DNA of 32,000 nt, from the NCBI RefSeq assembly GCF_964059055.1, contig NZ_OZ060386.1, positions 330,001 to 362,000 of the forward strand, read 5' to 3'. Positions 1-7,990 of this stretch are shown piece after piece (within the stretch, counting starts at the first letter, position 1; each line of letters starts with the position of its first letter). Below the pieces are notes generated by a model. It was not told the origin of the DNA and did no database searches. It worked only from the letters and a program-made list of their open reading frames with translations. Position numbers and translations under genes: made by a program. This stretch comes from Buchnera aphidicola (Neophyllaphis podocarpi). GTDB lineage: Bacteria; Pseudomonadota; Gammaproteobacteria; Enterobacterales; Enterobacteriaceae.

Positions 1-1370
1 GTAGACATAACAATAGAAGACAAAAAAACACGAAAAAGAAAAAATATCCATCTAAATTTTATATAAAAAAGTTTTTTTTTATATAAAAAATAAAATAATA
101 AAATCAAATTTATCCAAGACGCTAAACTAGAAGAAAGAGCAAAACTGGCATGGTGAAAAATTTCTAAAAAATATAAATTCATAAATTGAGTTAAAAAAAA
201 AGTAAATAACGAAATTAGAGAAGGAATAACAGTATTTTTTTGGGCATAAAATACCTGAATTAAAATTTTAATAAATACAAATGCTATTAATCCTAATGAA
301 TAAAATTCTAGAGATTCTTTTGTTTTAATAGTATCAAATTTAGTAAAATTTCCATATTGAAACAAAGATTCAATAATTTCCTGTGATAAAAAAAATAACA
401 AAAAAGAACAAGGTAATGCAAATAAGAAAGAAATACGTAAACCTTTATCTATAACCAACTGATAAAATTTTTTATTATTTAATAATTTTTTCTTTGATAA
501 TAAAGGTAGCAAAATAGTACTTAATGAAACTCCTAAAACACTAGCAGGAAATTCTATTAATCTATCAGAATAGTATATCCATGAAATAGATCCAGATTTC
601 AACTTAGATGAAAAGATAGCATTAGTAACAAATGAAATTTGATTTATGAAATTACCTAGTAACAAAGGTAAGAAATTTTTGAAAATTTTAAAATCAGTAA
701 ATTTTTTAAAATTTAATTTAGGTAATACCAACATATTTATTTTTTTTAAATAAGGTAACTGATATATACACTGTAATATACCTCCAAAAATAACTCCCCA
801 AGATAATGAATATATAGAAAGATCAAAATATTTAATTCCTACTAAAGAAAATACAATCATACTAAAATTTAATAATATAGGTGATATTGCGGGAATAATA
901 AAATAATTCCATACATTTAAAATAGATCCAATAAATACAGATAAAGATATTAAAATAATATAAGGAAACATTATTTTTAATAAAATTACAGAAATATCTA
1001 ATTTATCTATAGAATTTATAAAACCAGGAGCTATAAATAAAATAATTGATTTTGAAAAGATATTAAAAAATATAGTTAATAACATTGAAATTAATATTAC
1101 AAAAAATAATACATTAGAAACAAATTTTTGAATTTCTTTTAAATCATAATCTTTTTTATAAGTAGATAAAATAGGAATAAAAGTTTGAGATAGAGCACCT
1201 TCTGCAAGAATACTACGAAAAAAATTGGAAATTTTAAAAGCAATAAAAAAAGAATCTGTATATAAAGAAACACCAAAAAAATAAGCAATAATAAAATCAC
1301 GAGTAAAACCTAATAATCTAGAAAATATAGTAATAAGACTTACTCCAGCGATAGATTTTATAAAATTCAT
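1..1370 (-). CDS. murJ: Lipid II flippase MurJ (MviN), N-terminal ~456 codons; 3' end runs off the left edge of the window
   Basis: Absent from the ORF track because there is no in-window stop. Manual minus-strand translation from ATG (complement of 1368-1370) gives MNFIKSIAGVSLITIFSRLLGFTRDFIIAYFFGVSLYTDSFFIAFKISNFFRSILAEGALSQTFIPIL... The frame stays open to position 3. It is colinear with E. coli MurJ ([35 protein letters not shown]...FAEGAFSQAFVPIL; later SWIYYSDRLIEFPASVLGVSLSTILLP vs [27 protein letters not shown]). Confidence 0.9.
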   Translation of the reverse strand, partial: MNFIKSIAGVSLITIFSRLLGFTRDFIIAYFFGVSLYTDSFFIAFKISNFFRSILAEGALSQTFIPILSTYKKDYDLKEIQKFVSNVLFFVILISMLLTIFFNIFSKSIILFIAPGFINSIDKLDISVILLKIMFPYIILISLSVFIGSILNVWNYFIIPAISPILLNFSMIVFSLVGIKYFDLSIYSLSWGVIFGGILQCIYQLPYLKKINMLVLPKLNFKKFTDFKIFKNFLPLLLGNFINQISFVTNAIFSSKLKSGSISWIYYSDRLIEFPASVLGVSLSTILLPLLSKKKLLNNKKFYQLVIDKGLRISFLFALPCSFLLFFLSQEIIESLFQYGNFTKFDTIKTKESLEFYSLGLIAFVFIKILIQVFYAQKNTVIPSLISLFTFFLTQFMNLYFLEIFHHASFALSSSLASWINLILLFYFLYKKKLFYIKFRWIFFLFRVFLSSIVMS

Positions 1371-1490
1371 ATGTTGAAAATTACCTAAATAAAATTATTT
1401 AATAAAAATATAAGATTTAAAAAATATAAATTTATTAAAATTTAATTTAAAAATTAATAATATATTTTTAGAAAAAAATTTACAAACATA

Positions 1491-1552
1491 TAAAATAAAA
1501 AAATCCTCAGATGATAATTAATATATTAATTATAATATAAATCTAAGGATTT
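1491..1552 (-). terminator. Candidate rho-independent terminator downstream of rne
   Basis: Arms 1501-1512 (aaatcctcagat) and 1541-1552 (atctaaggattt) pair over 12 positions. The single non-Watson-Crick position is C.A on the plus strand but G.U on the minus-strand RNA. An inner AT palindrome lies at 1514-1533. On the minus strand the stem is followed by UUUUAUUUUA (complement of 1491-1500). It lies about 47 nt after the rne stop. Confidence 0.5.
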
Positions 1553-1598
1553 AAATATTTTAAAGAAAAAGTAGAATAAACTAATTGTAAAAAATTTT

Positions 1599-4349
1599 CT
1601 AAATAAACAAATATTTTTTATGTATATGTTTAATAAATGAAAAACTTAAACAATTATTAGATATGTTTACTCTAGAATTACTTTTTATTTTAGATGGAAT
1701 ATTATTTAAGCAATTTATTTTATTATATAGTTTACTGTTTTTATTTAAAACAACAATTTTGGTTATTGGAGCACTTGATTGATTCTTAATATGTTTCAAA
1801 AAATAAATTTTTTTATTAACTTTATTATCAAATTTATTTTTAGATATTTTTTTATAAATATTATATTTAATTTTTTTATTTAAAATTTTATTTTTTTTTA
1901 AAAATAAAATTATAATTAAATAATTAAATATTTGTTTTTTATAAAAACTGTTAATTTTGTGGTTAATAATTTTTATTATTTTAATTTTGTATTTTACATT
2001 TAAATTAACTAAATATTTTTTATATATTTTTTTTAATTTTATTTGTAAAGAGTATATAGAATAAGAAAACAAATTTGAAGATAAAAAAAATAATTTTAAT
2101 TCTACAAATAATATTTGAGCATATAAATTAAAAAATTTATTTTGATAATTTTTACATAAAAAATTCTGTAAATAGTAATTTTGATTTATATTTATAATAT
2201 AGTATAAATTATTTATAGATCTATTTGATTGTATATATGAAATTTTATATTTATTATTTATAATGTTTATTTTATAAAAATCATTTTTTATATTTATATT
2301 TTGTTTAATAAAAAATTTTTTAATATTAATTAAAAAAAATAAAGATTTTTTTTTAAAAATTTTAATAATACTTTTTATATTTTTGCTTAAATAATAAAAT
2401 TTTTTAAAAAGATAAAAATTATCAAAAAATTTATAAAATATTTTTTTTATATTATAAAAATAATTTTTAAAGACAAAAAAACAATCTAATGTAGCAATAT
2501 TATATTTTATTAATTTTTTTCTAAAATAGCTAATAGTAATATCTATTATTTTTTTAATTTTATTAAAAAACTTTTTTTTATATTTTATATATAAATTATT
2601 GATAAAACAAAAAATTGAATAAAAAAATTTTTTATGAAAATAATTTAGAATTAATTTAGTTATATTAGATATTTTATTAAAAAAATAGTTTACTTTTATA
2701 ATATTTTTAATATTTAAAGAATAATCTATTAAAAATTTATTTTTTAACTTTGAGTTACTTTTAAAAATACGCAAATCAATTTTATTTTTTATATATTTTT
2801 TTTCCAAATAATTTGAAATATCAATTTCATTAATTTTAGAAAGATGATAACTATTTTTTCTAACTTCTTCGCCTTTTTTTATTCTAATAATAGAATAATG
2901 GGGAGTATGCATAGATTTATTTGGTATAATTATAGTTTTTCCTCCATTTTGTTTTTTTTGTATTTTATTAATAGTATTACGTTTTTCATTTAATAAATAT
3001 GATGCTATTTCTATGGGCACAACAGCATGAACTTCGCAAGTATTTTCTTTTAATGACTCTTCTTCAATTAATCTTAAAATTGACAAAGATAAAGATTCGT
3101 TATCTCGGATAGCACCAGTACCAGTGCATCTAGGACAAATATGATAATTAGATTCGCTTAAAGAAGAATTTAAACGTTGTCTTGACATTTCTAATAAACC
3201 AAACCTAGAAATATTTCCTATTTGTATTCTAGCTCTGTCATTTTTAATAACTTTTTTTAATGTTTTTTCTATTATTTTTTGATGTTTTAATACAGTCATA
3301 TCAATAAAATCTATTACTATTAAACCACCTAAATCTCTCAATATTAATTGTCTAGATATTTCATTAACTGCTTCTAAATTTGTATTAAAAGCTGTTTCTT
3401 TAATATCAACTCCTTTAGTATATCTTGAAGAATTAATATCAATTGATGTAAGTGCTTCTGTTGTATCTATTATAATAGAGCCTCCAGAAGGCAATCTAAC
3501 TTTTCTTTGAAAAGCTGAATTAATTTGTGACTCAATCTGGTAATGACTAAATAAAGGAGTTTTTCCATTGTACAACTTTACTTTATTAATAAAGTCTAAG
3601 CGACCTAATAAATTTATATGTTTATATGAGAATTCTAAAATTTCTGGATTATCTATAATAATTTCCCCTATATCTGGTCTTAGATAATCTCTAAAAGCAC
3701 GAACTATTACATTACTTTCTTGATGTATTAAAAAAGGAGCCATTTTATTTTTAGCTATTTTTTGTATTTCATACCAATGTCTTAATCTAAATTTTAAATC
3801 TAATTTAAGATCTGTAATAGATTTACCTATACCAGCAGTTCTTATAATCACACTCATATTTTCAGGAATGTCTAATAAAGACAAAATATTTTTTAATTTA
3901 TCTCTATCCAATCCTTCTATACGACGAGATATTCCTCCAGAATTAGGATTATTTGGCATCAAAACTAAATAAATTCCAGCTAAACTAATAAAAGTAGTTA
4001 AAGCTGCTCCTTTACTACTACGCTCTTCTTTATTTATTTGAACTATAACTTCTTGACCTTCCTGTAAAACATTTTTGATATCAATGTGATCATTAAATAT
4101 AAAATTTGATTTCAAATATTCTTGAGAAATTTCCCTAATAGGTAAAAAACCATGTTTTTCTGTTCCATAATCAACGAAAACTGCTTCTAAACTAGGTTCT
4201 ATTCTAGTTATTTTGCCTTTATAAATATTTGATTTTTTTTGTTTATATCCAGAATTTTCTATATTAAGATTATATAAACGTTGCCCATCAACAAGAGCAA
4301 CACGAAGCTCTTCATATTGAGTTGCATTTATTAACATTCTTTTCATCAT
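1599..4349 (-). CDS. rne: Ribonuclease E; conserved catalytic N-terminal half plus highly divergent low-complexity C-terminal half
   Basis: 916-aa ORF. The first ~510 aa are colinear with E. coli RNase E (MKRMLINATQ.EELRVALVDGQRLY.L.IE, KGAALTTFISLAG.YLVLMPNNP..GGISRRIEG, Zn-link CPRCTGTGAIRDNESL). The remaining ~400 aa are K/N/I/F/Y-rich with no recognisable similarity. The start could be either of the tandem ATGs at 4349/4346. Confidence 0.95.
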   Translation of the reverse strand: MMKRMLINATQYEELRVALVDGQRLYNLNIENSGYKQKKSNIYKGKITRIEPSLEAVFVDYGTEKHGFLPIREISQEYLKSNFIFNDHIDIKNVLQEGQEVIVQINKEERSSKGAALTTFISLAGIYLVLMPNNPNSGGISRRIEGLDRDKLKNILSLLDIPENMSVIIRTAGIGKSITDLKLDLKFRLRHWYEIQKIAKNKMAPFLIHQESNVIVRAFRDYLRPDIGEIIIDNPEILEFSYKHINLLGRLDFINKVKLYNGKTPLFSHYQIESQINSAFQRKVRLPSGGSIIIDTTEALTSIDINSSRYTKGVDIKETAFNTNLEAVNEISRQLILRDLGGLIVIDFIDMTVLKHQKIIEKTLKKVIKNDRARIQIGNISRFGLLEMSRQRLNSSLSESNYHICPRCTGTGAIRDNESLSLSILRLIEEESLKENTCEVHAVVPIEIASYLLNEKRNTINKIQKKQNGGKTIIIPNKSMHTPHYSIIRIKKGEEVRKNSYHLSKINEIDISNYLEKKYIKNKIDLRIFKSNSKLKNKFLIDYSLNIKNIIKVNYFFNKISNITKLILNYFHKKFFYSIFCFINNLYIKYKKKFFNKIKKIIDITISYFRKKLIKYNIATLDCFFVFKNYFYNIKKIFYKFFDNFYLFKKFYYLSKNIKSIIKIFKKKSLFFLINIKKFFIKQNINIKNDFYKINIINNKYKISYIQSNRSINNLYYIININQNYYLQNFLCKNYQNKFFNLYAQILFVELKLFFLSSNLFSYSIYSLQIKLKKIYKKYLVNLNVKYKIKIIKIINHKINSFYKKQIFNYLIIILFLKKNKILNKKIKYNIYKKISKNKFDNKVNKKIYFLKHIKNQSSAPITKIVVLNKNSKLYNKINCLNNIPSKIKSNSRVNISNNCLSFSFIKHIHKKYLFI

Positions 4350-4702
4350 AAATCTCTAGTATAATTTTTGTAAACTTTCATATAAAAAAATAAAATATTT
4401 AAATATTAATATATAAAAATATTTTTTATAAAAATAATTATTTATTATTTAGAACAATAAATTCTAAATAATATAAAACTTATTAAAATTTATTATGGTT
4501 TTATAAAACTTTTTGTAATATTAATTAATATATAATATTATAAATAAAATATAATTATAAAAAACATAAAAATAAAATTATTTTATTAAATAAAAAATAT
4601 TTATTTTATAATAAATAAAAATTTTATTGAATATAATCAATTTAAATATAAATTAAATAAACATTTTTGATTAATAAAAAATTAAGAAGAAAAATCTAAA
4701 AA

Positions 4703-5631
4703 ATGACACACATCATTATAAACATCGATGAAAATAATATAAATCAAAGAATTGACAATTTTTTAAAAAAAAAATAAAAAAAATACACAAAAATACAATT
4801 TATAAAATATTACGTAAAGGAAATATACGTGTAAATAAAAAGAGAGTTAAACCAAAATATAAATTAAAAAATAAAGACATAGTAAAAATAACTAATATAA
4901 AATTTCAAAATAAGACTAATAAATATATCGATAAAAATATTATTAAACTAGAAAAAAGTATATTATATGAAGATAATTATTTAATAATAATAAATAAACC
5001 AGTTGGAATATCTGTACATGGAGGAAGTGGTATAAATTATGGTATTATAGAAAGAATAAGATTGCTTAGATCTAAAGTTAAATATTTAGAACTTGTACAT
5101 CGTCTTGATAAAGATACATCTGGAATTTTAATAATAGCAAAAAAAAGATCTACATTAGTATCCTTGCATAAACAAATTAGAGAACTGAAAGTTAAAAAAA
5201 AATATTTAACTTTAGTACATGGATTATGGTCTAAAAAAATTAAAAAAGTTGATTTACCTATATTAAAAAATAAAAAAAATAAAGGAATAAACTTAGTCAA
5301 AATTAGTTCATTAGGTAAAAAATCTCAGACTATTTTTGAAATCAAAAAAAAATATTTTAATATGACATTATTATATGCAATACCTGTTACAGGCAGAACT
5401 CATCAAATAAGAATTCATACATCTCATATAGGAAATCCTATAATTTTTGATAATAAATATGGTAATAAAATATTAGATAATAAAATTAATATTCAAAATT
5501 TAAGAAAAAAAATAATATTACATGCATATTCTATGAAATTCATACACCCTAATACTAAAAGTGAATTTTATATACAAGCACCTTTAAGTATAGAATTGAA
5601 AAAATACCTAAAAAGTCTAAACAACAATTAA
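4703..5631 (+). CDS. rluC: 23S rRNA pseudouridine synthase RluC, reading frame interrupted by a frameshift in an A10 tract (strictly a frameshifted gene; possibly rescued by slippage)
   Basis: ATG 4703 encodes [24 protein letters not shown], then TAA at 4775-4777. The -1 frame from 4774 continues [31 protein letters not shown]...[20 protein letters not shown]...GRTHQIRIH to the stop at 5631. Both halves align to E. coli RluC (..[60 protein letters not shown]). The ORF-track start at 5062 (TTG) would remove the S4 domain. Confidence 0.88.
4765..4774 (+). repeat. A10 homopolymer at the rluC frameshift site (followed by T then A8, 4776-4783)
   Basis: Counted directly: positions 4765-4774 are all A. 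The upstream frame is 4703 mod 3 and the downstream frame is 4774 mod 3, which differ by -1. Confidence 0.95.
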
Positions 5632-5666
5632 AATATAAAATATTTAAATTAATAAAAGGATATAAC

Positions 5667-5834
5667 ATGGCTGTACAAAAAAGCAAACCTACAAGATCGA
5701 AAAGAGGAAAAAGAAGATCTCACAGTGCATTAAAAATACCTGCTATTTCTAATGATAGAATTACAGGAGAAAAACATCTATTTCATCACATAACTACAAA
5801 TAAAAATTACAAAGGAAAAAAATTTTTTAAATAA
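5667..5834 (+). CDS. rpmF: 50S ribosomal protein L32
   Basis: Not in the ORF track (55 aa). Translation is [55 protein letters not shown], versus E. coli L32 [22 protein letters not shown]...SGEKHLRHHIT. SD AAGGA lies at 5656-5660. Confidence 0.95.
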   Translation: MAVQKSKPTRSKRGKRRSHSALKIPAISNDRITGEKHLFHHITTNKNYKGKKFFK

Positions 5835-5857
5835 AAAATTTTTAAATAAAAAATAGT

Positions 5858-5886
5858 ACTGTCAATTAAAAAAATAAATTGACAGT
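5858..5886 (+). terminator. Perfect 10-bp hairpin downstream of rpmF (possible terminator or attenuator before fabD)
   Basis: actgtcaatt (5858-5867) and aattgacagt (5877-5886) are exact reverse complements with a 9-nt A-rich loop. There is no strong U tract afterwards. Confidence 0.4.
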
Positions 5887-5927
5887 TAAATATAAAAATA
5901 ATTTAAAAAAATTAAAAGGATTTTCTT

Positions 5928-6881
5928 ATGAAATATGCAGTAATATTTCCAGGACAAAATTTTCAATCTATTAAAAATCTAAATAATCTTGCAAAAAAAT
6001 ATTCTTCGATTAAAAAAAAATTTTATGAAGCATCTGATTATTTAAATTGTAATTTATGGAATATAATACAAAATTTAGATGAAAAAAAAATTAATCTTAA
6101 TAATTATATACAACCTATTATACTAACAATATCTGTATCTATATATAATATATGGAAACAAAAAAAACAAAAAAAACCTACTATTATGGTTGGGCACAGT
6201 TTAGGAGAATATTCTGCTTTAGTATGCTCAAACAGTATAAATTTTGGTGATGCTTTAAAATTAATTATGATTAGAAGTAAATTAATGCAAGAAGTTTCAA
6301 TAAAAAATGAAGGATTAATGTATGCTATTGTGGGTATAGATAAAAATATTATAAATAACATATGTAATTTAGTTTCAAATAAAGAAATAGTTTCTATTGC
6401 AGCAATAAATTCTCCTGATCAAGTAATAATTTCCGGAAACAAAAATTCTATAATTAAAACTATTAAAATATGTAAAAATATTGGAGCAAAATATGTAATT
6501 AAATTACCAACAAAAATTCCTTCTCATTGTATATTAATGAAAGATATATCAATTATTTTTAAAAAAAAATTAAAAAAAATAAAATTTAAAAATCCTAAAT
6601 ATTTATTTATAGATAATGCAAATGCAAAATTTATTAATTCTGAATCTGATATTAAAAATTCTCTAGTAAAACAATTATATTGTCCAATATTATGGACAGA
6701 AGTTATGAAACTTATAGAAAAAAAAATTTTTTTATCAATTGAAATAGGGACTAAAAATATATTAAGTAATATTAATAAATATTTAACTAAAATCAACTCA
6801 TTAACAATTAACAATGAAAAAAACTTATATACTGCATTAAAATATATATTAAATAAAAAGGAAAATAATAAAAATGTCTAA
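5928..6881 (+). CDS. fabD: Malonyl-CoA:ACP transacylase
   Basis: 317-aa ORF with SD AAGGA upstream. It carries the active-site GHSLGEYSALV, IRSKLMQE (Arg) and PSHCILM (His), colinear with E. coli FabD. The N-terminal FPGQGSQ motif reads FPGQNFQ here. Confidence 0.9.
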   Translation: MKYAVIFPGQNFQSIKNLNNLAKKYSSIKKKFYEASDYLNCNLWNIIQNLDEKKINLNNYIQPIILTISVSIYNIWKQKKQKKPTIMVGHSLGEYSALVCSNSINFGDALKLIMIRSKLMQEVSIKNEGLMYAIVGIDKNIINNICNLVSNKEIVSIAAINSPDQVIISGNKNSIIKTIKICKNIGAKYVIKLPTKIPSHCILMKDISIIFKKKLKKIKFKNPKYLFIDNANAKFINSESDIKNSLVKQLYCPILWTEVMKLIEKKIFLSIEIGTKNILSNINKYLTKINSLTINNEKNLYTALKYILNKKENNKNV

Positions 6882-7592
6882 AAAAAAATAGCTTTAGTTA
6901 CAGGAGCTACAAGAGGTATAGGAAAATCTATAGCTCAAAATTTAACAAAAAGTAATTTTTTCGTGATTGGTACATCAACAAATAAGGAAGGAGTTAAACA
7001 AATTAGTAATTATTTACAAAATAATGGTTGTGGTTTAATATTACAGTTAGAAAAAATACAATCTATTGATAATATATTTAAAAAATTTAAAAACATAGAT
7101 GTATTAATAAATAATGCAGGTATTATATGTGATAAATTAATTACAAATATGAATATTGAAGATTGGAATAAAGTAATAGACATAAATTTAAAATCAGTTT
7201 TTTATTTATCTAAAAATGTTATAAAACATATGTCAAAAAATAATTATGGGAGAATTATTAATATAAGCTCTATATCTGGATTTACAGGCAATGTTGGACA
7301 ATCTAACTATTCAGCTTCAAAAGCAGGAATTGTAGGATTTACAAAATCTATTGCATTAGAAGTTGCTTTAAAAGGAATTACTGTAAATAATATATCTCCT
7401 GGGTTAATTAATACTAATTTGACTAAAAAATTAACAAATAAACAAAAAATAAAATTTATATCAAAAATACCAATGAAAAGATTTGGTAATGTACAAGAAG
7501 TAGCTGATTTAATATTATTTTTAGTCTCAAAAAAATCTTCATATATTACGGGGCAAACTATACATATAAATGGTGGAATGTATATGACTTAA
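6874..7592 (+). CDS. fabG: 3-oxoacyl-ACP reductase FabG, start codon out of frame with the body across an A9 tract (frameshifted; possibly rescued by slippage)
   Basis: SD AAGGAAA (6858-6864) precedes ATG 6874, which reads ATG TCT AAA AAA AAA TAG. The conserved body starts in the -1 frame at 6888: IALVTGATRGIGKSIAQNL...NNAGI...YSASKAG...GGMYMT, versus E. coli FabG MNFEGKIALVTGASRGIGRAIAETL. That frame has no ATG/GTG/TTG before GTG 6963, which lies after the TGxxxGIG cofactor motif. Confidence 0.85.
6880..6888 (+). repeat. A9 homopolymer at the fabD stop / fabG frameshift site
   Basis: Counted directly: 6880-6888 are all A. The fabD stop TAA occupies 6879-6881. The fabG body is in the same frame as fabD. 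Confidence 0.95.
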
Positions 7593-7658
7593 TTTTTGTA
7601 TTTAAAATAGTTTTAAAATTAAATTAGTTTTTAATAAAATTATAAGAGAAAATAAAAC

Positions 7659-7898
7659 ATGAGCAATATAAAATCTAGAATAAAAAAAATTATATGTGAA
7701 CAATTAGATTTAGAAGAAAATAAAATTAAGAATGATTCTTCTTTTGTAGATGATCTAGGAGCAGATTCATTAGATACAGTAGAACTTATTATGGCATTTG
7801 AAGAAGAATTTAATATAGAAATAAAAGATGAAGATGCAGAAAATATAACAACAGTTCAAGAAGCAGAATTTTATATTACACAACATATTAATAAATAA
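7659..7898 (+). CDS. acpP: Acyl carrier protein
   Basis: 79-aa ORF containing [21 protein letters not shown] (phosphopantetheine Ser in DSLD), colinear with E. coli AcpP. Confidence 0.96.
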   Translation: MSNIKSRIKKIICEQLDLEENKIKNDSSFVDDLGADSLDTVELIMAFEEEFNIEIKDEDAENITTVQEAEFYITQHINK

Positions 7899-7904
7899 AT
7901 AATT

Positions 7905-7942
7905 AGAATTTAGTGATGTGATCGCTAAATTCTTTATTTTTC
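7905..7942 (+). terminator. Rho-independent terminator after acpP
   Basis: agaatttagtga (7905-7916) pairs with tcgctaaattct (7922-7933): 12 bp including one U.G wobble in the plus-strand RNA, with a 5-nt loop. It is followed by ttatttttc. Confidence 0.65.
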
Positions 7943-7990
7943 ATATAATTAAAATAACATTAAATTATATAAAATATTTTAGTGAAAAAA

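Noticed and set aside
4443-4473. Perfect 12-bp hairpin in the rne leader as a specific autoregulatory element
   Set aside because: A rough estimate uses a match chance of about 0.4 per AT-rich position, all positions and about 10 loop sizes. It predicts several such hairpins per 32 kb by chance. It is kept only as a note within the rne-leader finding.
5062-5064. The ORF-track starts for rluC (TTG 5062), fabG (GTG 6963) and hinT (ATG 12133) as the true initiation sites
   Set aside because: In each case conserved, functionally required sequence is encoded upstream in the same frame with no stop. That sequence is the S4 domain, the TGxxxGIG Rossmann motif and the HIT N-terminal half respectively. 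An SD-preceded ATG sits just beyond a poly(A) tract one frame away.
5037-5300. 87-aa minus-strand ORF in the track
   Set aside because: It lies entirely antisense to the conserved core of rluC (HRLDKDTSG region). Its low-complexity F/L/I product is typical of a shadow ORF in AT-rich DNA.
6104-6814. Two minus-strand ORFs (6104-6361 and 6524-6814)
   Set aside because: Both are antisense to fabD, whose plus-strand product carries all the family motifs. They have no SD and no recognisable similarity.
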